From assembly GCA_964016885.1 (NCBI GenBank), contig OZ024742.1, positions 267,344,001-267,408,000 of the forward strand: a stretch of 64,000 nucleotides of DNA. Reading direction: 5' to 3'. Under the pieces are notes generated by a model. It saw only the letters and a list, made by a program, of their open reading frames with translations. It was not told the origin of the DNA and made no database searches. Position 1 is the stretch's first letter, and the number at the start of each line of letters is the position of its first letter. This DNA comes from Eledone cirrhosa (Eukaryota). Positions 40,972 through 53,332 of the stretch are shown one piece after another. A program made the position numbers and the translations under genes.

Positions 40972-41074
40972 TATATATAGAGAGATAGATAGATATATGT
41001 GTGTGTGTATGTGTTTGTCTGAGTGTAAGTATGTTAATGTGTGTGTGAGATTGTGTAGTCTTATGTGGGTATAC
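40624..41074 (+). repeat. Tandem duplication, about 225 bp, microsatellite-rich
   Basis: tgtttgtctgagtgtaagtatgttaatgtgtgtgtgagattgtgtagtcttatgtg occurs at about 40798 and 41013. Confidence 0.85.
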
Positions 41075-41746
41075 GTATATTTTGTACGCCGTTAGAAGAA
41101 TTTTAAACATTTTAGAACGAAAGAAAACAAAATTAACGTATATCCTTATTGAGTGCATGAATTTGTGGTATCAGAATAGTGAGAGAGATTGAAGATCGTG
41201 TGAAAATGAGCACGTCAAAGAAGAGGGTGATTATTGATTAGTACAATATAGTGAGGATGGTTCAGGTCAGTTAGATTACATTTTCAGTTAATAACATAAT
41301 ACATATTTATGTTTCTACACACATAAGAGCACAAATAGGTAAGAGAATTTAATTACATTTACTTTGATACATTCTCATATCTATGTATTTATCATAAGAT
41401 AAAAACTCTTTATTACATATTCGTAATTTAAATTTTTTTCTAAATATAATTGAGCGCTTTACGAAGCGGTTGGTTTCAGTGTTATGATCTGGGCAACAAT
41501 TTCCGTATAATTATAAATAATAAACTGCAGTTGACACTAAAATTATATCGAAGTAATTTAAAGATATACCTTATCTATCAAATGTTTTCTCTAAAGTATT
41601 CTTGGTACCACCTTATTGTAGGTTTTATCAAATTGGACATCATTCCCAAACTCTTAATTTCGATTGGCACCGGATATTTCAAAATTTGCTATACTATTGT
41701 CGATATACTCTCTCTCTCTATCTCTCACTTCTCTCTCCACACACGC

Positions 41747-41849
<103 letters not shown>

Positions 41850-41855
41850 AAACCA

Positions 41856-42145
41856 AAAGATTAATATGGTTCGTTGATTATTCAACGAATACAATTTTAC
41901 AATAGATTAGAAGCACTCTTCTTTAACTTTATCATATTATTTGTGGTATAAAAATGTTGGCAGTTGGTGAAATAAATAACTGCCAATACTGGAATTGAAT
42001 AATCAAAACCGTGGCGGTATGTTGCATATAAAATATTATATTTTGTCTGATGAAAACGTACTTAAACATACCTTTGAAATATGTATAATAAAATATATAT
42101 TTTGATTATGAGAATATTTTTCATTTATTAATATTTTGAATAATA
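41856..42145 (+). mobile_element. PLE pLTR remnant with hammerhead (family of 14350)
   Basis: Shares aagattaatatggttc..., tgccaatactggaattgaa and TTTTGT-CTGATGA...GAAA-TATGTATA-ATAAAA (42041-42093). Confidence 0.75.
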
Positions 42146-42182
42146 TATATATGTATATATAAATATATTTAATATAAAAATA

Positions 42183-42232
42183 GCTTCTACAGGACTAGAA
42201 CTGTTTCATTCGGGAGAAATCATCAGGAAAGC
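42183..42232 (-). ncRNA. Type-I hammerhead ribozyme motif with full stem III
   Basis: GCTTTC-CTGATGA-TTTC-tccc-GAAT-GAA-ACAG-ttctagtc-CTGT-A-GAAGC (GUA cleavage triplet). Confidence 0.75.
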
Positions 42233-42289
42233 CAACTGATGTAATATGGTGGTATTTTATGGTGGTAGGAAAGGGTGTTGATTAAGATG

Positions 42290-44105
42290 GGTGGAGGTCA
42301 TTGGAGGTAAATGCGACTGCGATCAGGCTCCCACAGAATGCTGTGCAGACGGCAGCTGCAGGAGCGGAGGAGGATGACAGTTGGCGTGAACTTCGACGGA
42401 ACAAAGATGCTGTCGTGACTGCTGCTGCTCGCGCTTGAGAGGATGAAGGACGACGTGCTGTTCGACGAAGCAAGGACGCCACTGCAACAGCCGCTGCTCG
42501 CGTTCGAGAGGATGAAGGACGACGCGCCGTTCGACGAAGCAGGGACGTCGCTGCCACTGCTGCTGCACGAAATACTGAAACCATAGAGCAACGACGTGGC
42601 CGACTTCTGCAAAGTGAACAGCGGCGATCATCGTTACCTGGCATTTCTAGGACTTTTAATTCACGATGATTGTTGAAGGCCTTTAACTACGACCCCTATA
42701 CCGACTACGCTGTGCTTGCCTGGAAACCTGCACGTCTACAATTCGCTTAACACTATGGCTGCTCCGAACGAAGTTGTTAATTACCCCACATCATTTTTTA
42801 ACTCCCTAGACCCTCCCGGATTGCCACCACACTTACTGTGACTTAAGAAAGGTGCCCCTGTTATGCTCCTCAGGAATTTGGATCACCGAAGGCTTTCCAA
42901 CGGCATGCGTCTGGTCGTCCAATGGGCGATGTCTTATGTTATTGACGCAACAATACTTACATGATATGGTAAAAGGGATACTGTCTTTATACCAAGGATA
43001 CCTCTCATTCCATTCGGTAAAGACATTCCTTTCACATTCAGAAGGCTGCAATTCCCTCTGCGGCTCAGTTTCGCCATGTCGATTAACAAATCACGGTCAG
43101 ACGCTGACTGGCGTAGGGCTTAATTTAGAAGAACCATGCTTCTCCCATGGTCAACTATATATTGGCTGCTCTCGAGTGGGGAGCCGACATAACCTATTTG
43201 CTTTTGCAACTCACGAGAAAATCCAAAATATAGTCTATAAGGAAGTTTTGTAGGCAGCTCATCCGCCAACAAGTAATCACTGTTTTCCTTTGTATAAGTG
43301 CTTACATTTGTTGTATTCGTGTGCTATTTTTGTCCCTTTGACAATACCACGTAAGTCTCTGTGGTTGCTTTTGCTATACGTTATAAATGTTCAATGTTTC
43401 CGTTTTCCGCATGTATATGTTGCTATTACGCTTTGCTATCGATGTTCCTAATTAATCTACTTTTCCCTACATCTTATTTACACATTTTTTTACATTCCAG
43501 CTTGATCTTGCCAAGGCCGTTTTTGTGGCCACCGAGTGTTACATGCTTTTCTAGGTTACGATCTCAAATAACAAGCAAAGCAAATACGACACACCAAAGT
43601 GGTGTGAAGGACTTCTTAAGGGCCACCACCTCTAATCCGAGTCGTCTTTGCTGACAGCTCTGCCGCTGAGACTTTTAAGAGTGAACGATCCAGGGCCCTC
43701 TTCAGGGCCACCAAGTTTAAATTGTTACCATTGGATTCATCTTTTGTGGCAGCACCACCGCTTAGATATTTCAAAGTGAACGTTAAAAGGTCCTCTTCAG
43801 GGCCACCAACTATAAATTGTTATCTCTGGATTCGTCTTTGCTGGCAGAACCGCCGCTGAGACTTTTAAGACTGAACGATCCAAGGCTCTCTTCAGGGCCA
43901 CCAAGTTTAAATTGTTACCATCGGATCCGTCTTTGTTGGCACCACCGCCGCAGAGATATTTCAAAGGGAACGTTCAAAGGACCTCATTAGGGCCATCACC
44001 TATACATTGTTACTTCTATAGTCGTGTTTAACGGAAGTCTTTCGGTTCATTTGAACGACTACTCCATTGAGAGTTATACCAGGCAACGCAGGGTACCTCT
44101 GCTAG
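42290..44105 (+). mobile_element. Internally deleted Helitron
   Basis: N-terminal R/E/A-rich repeats plus AFNYDPYTDY, fused to a PIF1-helicase C-terminus (FNSLDPPGLPPH.L.LKKGAPVMLLRNL, RLQFPLRLSFAMSINKS.GQTL, FSHGQLYIGCSRV, NIVYKEVL*); 3' hairpin plus CTAG at 44077-44105. Confidence 0.88.
43616..44015 (+). repeat. Subterminal minisatellite in the Helitron, about 95 bp units
   Basis: agggcca(c/t)ca at about 43619, 43704, 43799, 43894 and 43989. Confidence 0.88.
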
Positions 44106-44106
44106 A

Positions 44107-44470
44107 ACTATATAAATGTGATGCCGTCTCAGGCATTGATGAAAATAACAAAAAACATATATCGGAATGACTTCCAACAATGTTAACACCCGGTGTTATA
44201 CCCGCACCCACTCATTCAGAAGACCGGACGAATCCAATCAAACAACATTAATCTCCTATGTCTGGATCACAAGAGGAACTCCAACCTTTACACGCTCAAA
44301 TGAAAATTACTCCAGTGAGCGCGCTCATACAAGGGAGAACACAAGTGTTGCGACCTTTGTATTTCAGAGAGCTATGAAATACTATTTGCCAATGGACCGA
44401 TACTGAACAAACTTTCTGAACACTGCCCGAATTGCATGCAGAAAAAATTCGCAACGAACAAATATTTTAA
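44107..44470 (+). pseudogene. PLE GIY-YIG fragment
   Basis: LYKC..YIGMTSNNVNTRCYTRTHSFRRP..QTTLISYVW..CDLCISESYEILF..LNKLSE. Confidence 0.8.
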
Positions 44471-44519
44471 ACCAGTCTTGCCACCAGAACAATAGTTTTA
44501 AAAAAAAAGTCACTCAACA

Positions 44520-44870
44520 AAATATCCCCTCTCTCCTCAAGGCAACCGAAACAAAGGGGCCCCCGAAAACGCTTCAAGGACAAACCCAAGTGCCAGCTAG
44601 TCCAAGGCACTATTGGTCATAGTGAATGGGAAAACCTGGCAGAAAACGAAGAGAAATGGAGAATGACCAACAAAACAGTTGCAGTTAGCTTAGAGGAGGG
44701 CAGGAAGCCGGTGGCTGAAGAGAAACATCAAAGAAGAAAGCTGTTCGTCACCCAACGAACAACTGACCAAATACAACTTACTTCAAATATACTTGAGACT
44801 GTGGGTAAAAAAATGGGCTCTACAGCCACCTTAGGTGTGCCACCGCACGGAACAGGTCAACAGTTCCATA
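44520..44870 (+). mobile_element. RTE LINE 3' fragment
   Basis: QGNRNKG.P.KRFKD..EWENLAENEEKWR..EEGR...EEK.QRRK..GLYSHLR. Confidence 0.65.
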
Positions 44871-45082
44871 TATATACATATAATTCCATATATATACATA
44901 TAATTAATGTCAATTACCACAACGTTGCCACACCTGGTACATGTGTTTCGTGTATGAAATTATTCAACCTGCGGCGATGAAAATGAAACTTTTTTCCGAC
45001 ATTAATTTTGACATTTAACGAGAAGATGGAATAGATATCCTGCCACCCTTCTAAAGTCTTCAAAAATTTAGTTAAGATTATT

Positions 45083-45858
45083 AGGGCTGCATGGCTTAAA
45101 TGAAAATCAGTGACACTCGTTCTCTCAAGGAAGCCTGGGCGGTGCACGCTGCATGTGAATGGAGTTCCACTAAAGCAGCTGGAGAAGTTCAAGTATTTCG
45201 GTGACGCGTTCACGAGTGATGGAAATCAGGAGGCTGAATTAAATGCAAGAATTTCAGAAGCTGATGCAGTAATGCGCCTGCTTCAACATTCGGTAATCAG
45301 AAGGGAGGTAGTTCTAAAAGCCAAACTCGCTATCTTTAATTCGGTATACGTGCCAACCCTTACCTATGGTCGTGAATCCTGAGCCATGAAATATTGAATA
45401 TGATCGTGAGTACAAGCTGCCGAAATGGGGTCCCTCCGAAGGTTCTATGGATTTATGTTACTCGATAGAGTGCAGAGCGAGGAGATCATAGAATAACTCC
45501 GGGTACAGCAGCTACTTCTCCGAATTGAGAGATCGAAGCTGCGATAATATGGGAATGTAGCTAGAATGTCTCAGGAAAGAATCGCAAAACCAACCGGCAT
45601 GACACCCAGGGATAACCCCCCGAGAAGAGGGGTGGATAACAGCCATGAGCTTGGCTGGTATCGCTTGGGGATACAGCCTGATATGTTGGAGATGGTTGCT
45701 TCTGACAGGACCCACTGGAAGGAGTGTTTGAAGACACTGACCACCTGACCCTCTCGCGAATAATTGGGTAAAGAAGAAGAAGAAGAAGAAGAAGAAGAAG
45801 AAGAAGAAGAAGAAGAAGAAGAAGAAGAAGAAGAAGAAGAAGAAGAAGAAGAAGAAGA
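45083..45858 (+). mobile_element. Expander/Rex3-like RTE 3' part with (GAA)n tail
   Basis: LVLSRKP..LHVNGVPLKQLEKFKYFG..FTSDG..KAKLAIFNSVYVPTLTYGRES, QAAEMG.LRR, LLRIERS; (GAA)n at 45771-45858. Confidence 0.85.
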
Positions 45859-46800
45859 TATTAGTAAGCGGATCTCTAACGTCTCTTCTAAACAAGTCAT
45901 CTCTTATAGGGTAGCCCCCATATATGATACAGCCTTACGCAATTGCCCAGGCCACACCCCTAATACAAACAGGAGAAAACCGGGAAGTAAAGCAAAAATT
46001 TGTTTCTGTCATCCTTTGTCGGTAAATGTCAAAACTAATGTCGAAAAAGAGGTTTTAGACCTCATAGCTACCCACTTCCCCCTGGACATAAATACCACCA
46101 TATCTCTAACGATCAAAATTGGATACTCCTTTGCTAGAAACATGAAATCTCACCTCCTGCATAATCAACAGAGTCCCAAAGCATATGGATGTTCTTAGAT
46201 CTACAATTCAACACCCCAGCGTATGCCAGAAAGCCCAATAAAAAATGGCTTCCTTAATCACTAAACGTCCTTCAGATACCCAAATAAAAGAAATACCACA
46301 AATTTAGCAAATAGAATGTAGCAAGTCAACGACAAGAACAGACTTCTTCATCAAATGGAAGATAGTAGGAAATTCTGGACCATATACCATATATCTCGAG
46401 GCGTGCAGATTTTTTTCAAATGACAAGAAATATTGAATAATCTCCACAATTAAATAACTAGCCTCCTTAATATTTATTTATATCTTTCTTATCGATTTTT
46501 TTTAGCGCCCTCATAATTATTAGCTAATACAACGTTTGTTAGTATATATTTTCCGTCAAAATGTCTCCCCTACATCATTCAGATTATCTACTCTTGGTTT
46601 GGGGCTACTCTCTCTTTCACCATTGTACGGTATTTTCCTTTTCGAGTAAACATTTTCCACTACATTTTTATCGGCACAAGTTGAACAAGTTGATCCTGAG
46701 GGCTAATGAAACATACGTACCTAGCAAGGAGTCGTTGTTATAACTCGCCTTAATTATTAAATTCAAACTCATCTTACGTCCTTGACTACTTACCTGTGAC
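45859..46800 (+). mobile_element. Heavily decayed Naiad-like PLE 3' part
   Basis: ISKRISNVSS..IYDTAL; CHPLSVNVKTNVEKEVLDLIATHFP; IKIGYS..NMKS; degenerate hammerhead-like ..TGAAACATACGTA at about 46705. Confidence 0.6.
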
Positions 46801-46802
46801 TA

Positions 46803-46917
<115 letters not shown>

Positions 46918-47137
46918 CATATTCATGAGTGAATAATAATAATATTATAAATATTCGATTCGTTTGCAAGCAAACAGCCTCACAGCAACGTGTTTTCTGG
47001 ATGACGAAGTCCTCATTTTTTTCCAGCGGTAGCAGAGCCAAAACATCGCCACCTAGAAAATACACAAGGTGTTTTGAGGCTATTTGCTTGCAAACGAATC
47101 AAATAATTTTAATACCATTATTATTCACTCACAAGTA
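46918..47137. repeat. Inverted repeat, about 80 bp arms, next to (TA)n
   Basis: gagtgaataataat..gattcgtttgcaagcaaacagcctca versus tgaggctatttgcttgcaaacgaatc..attattattcactc. Confidence 0.8.
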
Positions 47138-47700
47138 CGTTAGGTGTCCCCCATGTTAGAACGAAAACACATTTTATTTTTATATATTTATGTTTATATG
47201 TGCATAATAGTGATATATATGAAAACATATAATCATATCTTACGCGTATAAATACGATAAACATATCAGTAGACACCCGGGTGAAGACAAATATATTTCG
47301 AAAAAATAATTTTTTTTTTTCAAATTATCATAGAGTTTCCAGTATATTCTGACATCACTGATTCAAAATTCATTTATATTTCATCAGTGACATTACTCAG
47401 CATGGAATAGGGTGTAGTCTATCTAGTATTTTGAGTGATGATCACATGCATTATATTTAAATGTTGGGAGCACGAAGATAGCGTTTAAGTCTAATTGTGT
47501 TTGATATGAAGACATATAAACATATATATTCCAATTAAATATAAGCAGCCAAGCTTGCACTATCTTTTGTCTGAACGAATGTTCCGTCAACTGTGCCTTG
47601 ATAATGATGATGGCTATACGAGTTTTTTGTACCATGCTGACGTATGGTGGTTGGCAAAAGTCAACAGTGGTTCTGTTTGGCCGAACTGTTTGATACAATA

Positions 47701-47883
47701 ATTGTTTCTACTTTTGGCACAAGGCCAGCAATTACCCAGTACATGACTGGTACTTTATTTTATCGACCCCGTAAGGATGAAAGGCAAAGTTATCCTCGGC
47801 GGGATTTGAACTCAGAATGGAAAGGGCCGTAACTCTATGCGTCAAAGCATGGCGTCCGACCCTCTACCGATACTGCCAATCCA
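47701..47883 (-). mobile_element. Full-length tRNA-derived SINE (Deu/Nin-like core)
   Basis: Minus strand TGGCAGTATCGG A-box, GAGTTCAAATCC B-box, GCCTTTCATCCTT..GGGGTCGATAAAAT. Confidence 0.88.
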
Positions 47884-47937
47884 CGATACAATAATACATA
47901 TTATTTCCAAATCCCTCAACTATCCCCATCTTTGTTC

Positions 47938-48053
47938 AGCGTGTGGCTGAGTGGTTAGAGAATTGGATTCGCAATCGTAAGGTTGTGAGTTCGATTCCTG
48001 GACCAGGCGATGCGTTATGTCCTTGAGCAAGACACTTTATTTCACGTTGCTCC
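47938..48053 (+). mobile_element. Second tRNA-derived SINE family (CORE/Meta-like body), truncated
   Basis: A-box TGGCTGAGTGG, B-box GAGTTCGATTCC, then GTCCTTGAGCAAGACACTT. Confidence 0.75.
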
Positions 48054-49030
48054 TTCTACCTGGAGTTGCGACCGATAGATAGTATTAGCAATTGGAAAGA
48101 CCAACGGAAACATTATTCCCTCGGTCCGATTTGACGAAAGTCGATCGTTCCTTTTATATATATAAATGAAAATAGAGAAATTAATGTGAGCAAGAAGCCA
48201 ACAGTATTTCATAATATATAAGTGACTATAACGTCAAGATGGAAAATATTTAACGTAAGATATGGGAAAATAATTCAAACTCAACTAAAAAAAAGTCAAG
48301 ACAAAAGTTTTATCCACAGATTTTGTGAAAACCATGGAAAAAATCAATAGAGTCTTAAATATATATATATACAGATGTAAGGTTTCAGAACATATATATT
48401 ATGTATGATATTTGTGATTCTCATTAGAAAATCTCAATGGATATATAAGTATTTTGTACAATATACTTAATTGAAACTTTGTTCAATGACGTAAATTCCT
48501 ATGATGAATGATCCGCCTCTCCCATAACTTTACCAAAATCGATAGTTCGTAATTGATGATCGATGGCTTAGATCGATTTTAAGTTATGTTTTGTTAGAAC
48601 CATGAAATCGCGTCATCAGGAAATAAAGAGTTTTTCCAAAGAACGTATTTTCATAAATAGTATGTGCTTTTCTGTGTATACAAAATACTGTGTTCCTCAA
48701 AATATATATCTCCCTCTTTATATACACATTTCTTGAAATATTTATTATATATTTATATATTCTAAAAGTCTATGATGGAATGGAATCAGGCATAAAATTA
48801 AAGCTTTCAAGATTGACCAAATACGTGCCAAAATATGTATGAATATGTTAGAATACACACAAACACTCTCGTGTGTGCGTTTATGCATATATACTTCGGT
48901 TTTTGTATATTCTTTTGCAATATTTCTTATCTGAAAACGTGTGTTGAAACAGATATTTTTTCTAGTTTGGGAGGGTCAGGCTGCGAATAAAAAGAAAAGC
49001 ACCCGTTTTTATTGGCAGAATGAGGCTCGC

Positions 49031-49082
<52 letters not shown>

Positions 49083-49141
49083 TTCACACACACGTACACA
49101 CACACGTATACACACACGTGCACAAACACACACATAGATAG

Positions 49142-49172
<31 letters not shown>

Positions 49173-49922
49173 TGTGTGTGCATATATATATATATATATA
49201 TTATATATATGCGTGTGTGTGTGCATGTATATGTGCGCGCGCGTGTGTATGTGCGCGCGCGCGTGTGTGTGTACGTGCGTGTGTATGTCTATATGCGAGT
49301 ATCTATGTGTTAACACTAAACAGTTACTACAAAACGTTAGTTTGGTCAGCAACTGTTAGTTTGAATTTAACAATTCTGTTTCATCAAATGGAATCACAAG
49401 GTTTCATTACAATTTGGCACAACCTAAACCGATCGCCCGTTACTGTATCTTATAACATCACAACCAATAATACTGTTACTGCTGAAGTTATTATCGATAC
49501 TACTGAAATCAATAGACACATAACGGCCTGGAGATCCAATAAAAATTACTATTATCATTATCATCATTATTACCCCCACAACTAACACCACCATAAAAAA
49601 GTAGCACCAACTTCACCCCTGCCTTTTCATGTTCAACATCATTCCCTTCATTACTAGAAATACACCGACAAGAAAAATACTGATTTCATCACTACCGTCA
49701 CTCTACCGACGACGATGGTACCGACATCCTTCCAGCCCCAACCACAGCACCAGCCACAGCACCAGCCCCAGCACCAACACCACCGATATCATCACCAACA
49801 TTTGTACCTTTGCTACCACAATACACTAGACAACCTATCAATTAATTTATGGTTCATTAGCTTTCATTAAAATAACTTAGAGAGATACATTTCTTGCGCG
49901 CTCTCTGTCTCCCTCATTATAT

Positions 49923-50103
49923 GGTGGATTGGCAGTATCCGTAGAGAGTCGGACACCATGCTTTGAAGCATAGAGTTACGTCCCTTTATGATCTGTGTTC
50001 AAATCCCGCCGAGGTTAAATTTGCCTTTCATCCTTACGGGGTCGATAAAATAAAGTACACGTAATGTACTGGGTAATTGCTGGCCTAAAATAGAAACAAT
50101 TAT
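49923..50103 (+). mobile_element. tRNA-derived SINE (family of 47701)
   Basis: tggattggcagtatc..gttcaaatcccgccgagg..gcctttcatccttacggggtcgataaaat..tagaaacaat. Confidence 0.88.
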
Positions 50104-50506
50104 ATATATATATATATATTTTAAAAAAACATGAGAAGAAAGAAGAATACTGCATGGTTTGCACATGGGTGACATATGATAAAAATAGTCCTTCGTCAGT
50201 GATTTTCCAACCATCATTGGTATTTCATCGCATTAAGAATCAGATACCTCAGGTTGGTGCGAGCAATAATCTAAAAAAAGTTATTGGGACCAATAATCGC
50301 GTAAAGCGAGGGGGACAAGAGAACAACATAGAAGGATAAAAACAAATATATATATATATACACAGTTCAAGAGTAACCAGTCTTAAAGAGAGAGATGGAG
50401 ATAGGAGAGGAGATAGGAGAGGAGAGATTGTGTGAATTAGTTAGAAGCCAAAGCGTAAAAGCATGTGCTCAATGTGCAATATGCAGTGAAATGCAGCTAG
50501 GTGGCT

Positions 50507-53210
50507 GGGAGTTACTTCCCCTGAAACCACCCTCTAATTAGTAAGGTAAATATATACATTGGCGGCCATCTTGTTACACAATGCAACCTCGACAGAAGAA
50601 TACTGCTCCACTATGGCAGAGAATTGATATACCCATTATTAATAATAATAATAATGTCCGTTTAGAATTGTTTCGCTACTCCATATAATATTTCTGGATC
50701 AAATGACTATATATCATTATTCATCTGGTTCAGTTGAAAATAATTAACATAGGTAGAAATAGAGCAGCCTATCGGAACTTCAAAAGGAATATAAATTAAA
50801 ATAAGGAAAGAATGTTACATAAATGTAATGTTCCATATGTTGGTATTTGACTATGGTGTCGTGGGTATATCAATTCTCTGCCGTAGTGGAGCAGTATTCT
50901 TCTGTCGAGGCTGCATTGTGTAACAAGATGGCTGCCAATGTATATATTTACCTTACTAATTAGAGGGTGGTTTCAGGGAACGTAACTCCTCGAGAGATTA
51001 GTAATTGTGGGTATTTTATAGTTAAGTGCTAATTTTTTAATTTTTTAATTGAGAGACAATGGCTAGGCTGACCATCATTGAATTCAACGGAGCACTCTGG
51101 ACTAGAAAAGACAGAACAGGCAACTTTGACATCACGATGGGCTCAAGCTCAAGTGACTCTGCGCAAATCACCGAGAAAGTTGGAATTTACCTATTACATA
51201 ACATCAGAGCCGAAATCCAACACTTGCAAGTCGGAATATAGGACGACTCCCTATTTGCAGTCCACAATTGCACTAATCGAGGTATTGACTTGCTCAAAAA
51301 ACAATTACACAGATTCTTTAAAAATAACGGTCTCTCTATCACCATCGAGCCGAACCATAAAGTAGTAAACTTCCAAACGTTACCCTGGATCTTAACAATA
51401 ACCTATATTACCCTTACCATAAACAGGTGAACTACTTACATATATTAGCCCACACTCTAACCACCCACCAGCAGTCATCAGAGCAGTAATCAAATATATC
51501 TCATATAGGATATCCATGTCAGCAAATGAGCAGTTATTTATAAACCATGCAGCATATTATAATAAGGCTCTTGCTGAATCTGATTATGAACAGTCCATTT
51601 ACTACATACCTAAATGCCATAACACAGCAATTCACCACAACCATAATAAACTTAACACTAGAACTAGAAACATCTTAGCATATAGCCAGATTCGCCGGAA
51701 TTTTAGCAGTAACAGCACTTATACAGGGAACCTTAATGGTGGCAGTGGCCTGCTTCCCACTCCAAGTAGCAAATTAAAAATCAACCCTAGAATAGGAATG
51801 AGCAATGGAATGACAAATAACAAACGCCCAGGTAATAATAACGCTATGAAGGCCACTACCAATTCCACTAGAACCCCTAGAAGGAATAGGCCTAAAAATA
51901 TCACCTGGCTTAACCCACCACTCTCATCTAATCTAGCCACTAATATTCCTAAACGTTCTTATCTATCCTATCTAAACATTCCCCCCACCAACCATAGATA
52001 TTACAAACTCTTTAATAAAAATAACATTAAAATTTCATTCTCCACAACACCTAACCTAGCTATCCACATCGCATTCAGTAACCATCATAAACTAAGACAG
52101 TATAACTCCCACACCGCGGTACCACCACCCCATCAAATACACCACGCCACTACACCAATACTTACTCTAGTAGCACACCCCCATCTAATCCTTCTAGCAC
52201 TGACCAACCGCTTAGGTTAACCAACCCTACTCTCACTAACCGCAGAAGTAACTGCAACTACCGTTACCCTAATGCATGCCCACTAAATGGACATTGCCTG
52301 ACACCCAACATAGTCTATAGGTGCACGGTTAAAACTGCTTCGCAGACCAGCTCATATATTGGGTCTACCTCTAACCCTTTTAAGGTACGCTATAACGCGC
52401 ACTCTTTTTCCTTCCGAGACCCTAACAACAGATGTTCGACATCTCTAGCTAGGCTCATTAAAAACCTTAAATTAACCAACATTGAACACTCACTAACATG
52501 GCATATCTTGGCTAGGGACAACCGTTCAATGGACGAAGAAAATTTTGAGAATTCTGTCTTACCGAAGCATATTACATAACTCTATCACGACCTCTACCGA
52601 TTAACGATAGAACGGAGGTAACTATTAGCTGTCAACATCGAAGGGCTAATTCCGTCGCCAACAGAATATTTGACCCAACATAGTCATCTAGCCCCATTTT
52701 TACTTGTAGCTAATAAGTTAAATAGCTATAACTAACTTAGATAATTATAAGTTACCTCCCTTACATTGTCTCTCTCTCAAAAAAAAAAAAAATAGCACTT
52801 AACTATAAAATACCCACAATTTCTAATCTCTCGAGGAGTTACTTCCCCTGAAACCACCCTCTAATTAGTAAGGTAAATATGTCCATTGGCGGCCTTCTTG
52901 TTACCCATAGGCAGATATCACACAATGCAGCCTCGACAGAAGAATACTGCTCCACTATGGCAGAGAATTGACATACCCAGGACACCATAGTCAAATACCA
53001 ACATATGGAACACTACATTTATGTAACATTCTTTCCTTATTTTAATTTATATTCCTTTTGAAGTTCCGATAGGCTGCTCTATTTCTACCTATGCTAATTA
53101 TTTTCAACTGAACCCGATCAATAATGATATATAATCATTTGATCCAGAAATATTATATGGAGTAGCGAAACAATTCTAAACGGACGTTATTATTATTATT
53201 ATTATTAATA
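50507..53210 (+). mobile_element. 5'-truncated Naiad-like PLE with direct and inverted pLTR copies
   Basis: Body 51058-52683: FDITMGS..DSAQITE.VG, YRDD remnant, SNHPP, WLNPP, CN.RYPNACPLNGHCL, IVYRC..YIGSTS..FKVRY..H; about 50640-51050 is the reverse complement of about 52780-53200; 50507-50630 is a direct copy of about 52835-52978. Confidence 0.9.
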
Positions 53211-53332
53211 TTATTATTATTATTCTCTACATTCCTTACATCAAACTGAAATATGTTGTCAATCTTTCAATAATGTCTTCCTTGTGAAATCTGTGGTCTT
53301 GTTTTGCTTAACTAATGAATATATATATATAT

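Noticed and set aside
42282-42644. Minus-strand Ala/Ser/Arg-rich ORFs
   Set aside because: Antisense of the Helitron N-terminal repeats
43616-44015. Regularly spaced repeats resembling a CRISPR array
   Set aside because: Whole 95-bp units are homologous with no unique spacers; the context is a eukaryotic Helitron with no cas genes
45512-46198. Poly-E/F/S ORFs in the ORF track
   Set aside because: These are translations of the (GAA)n RTE tail fused to a PLE remnant
47938-48010. tRNA gene
   Set aside because: A and B boxes are present but there is no proper acceptor stem, and it continues into a SINE body
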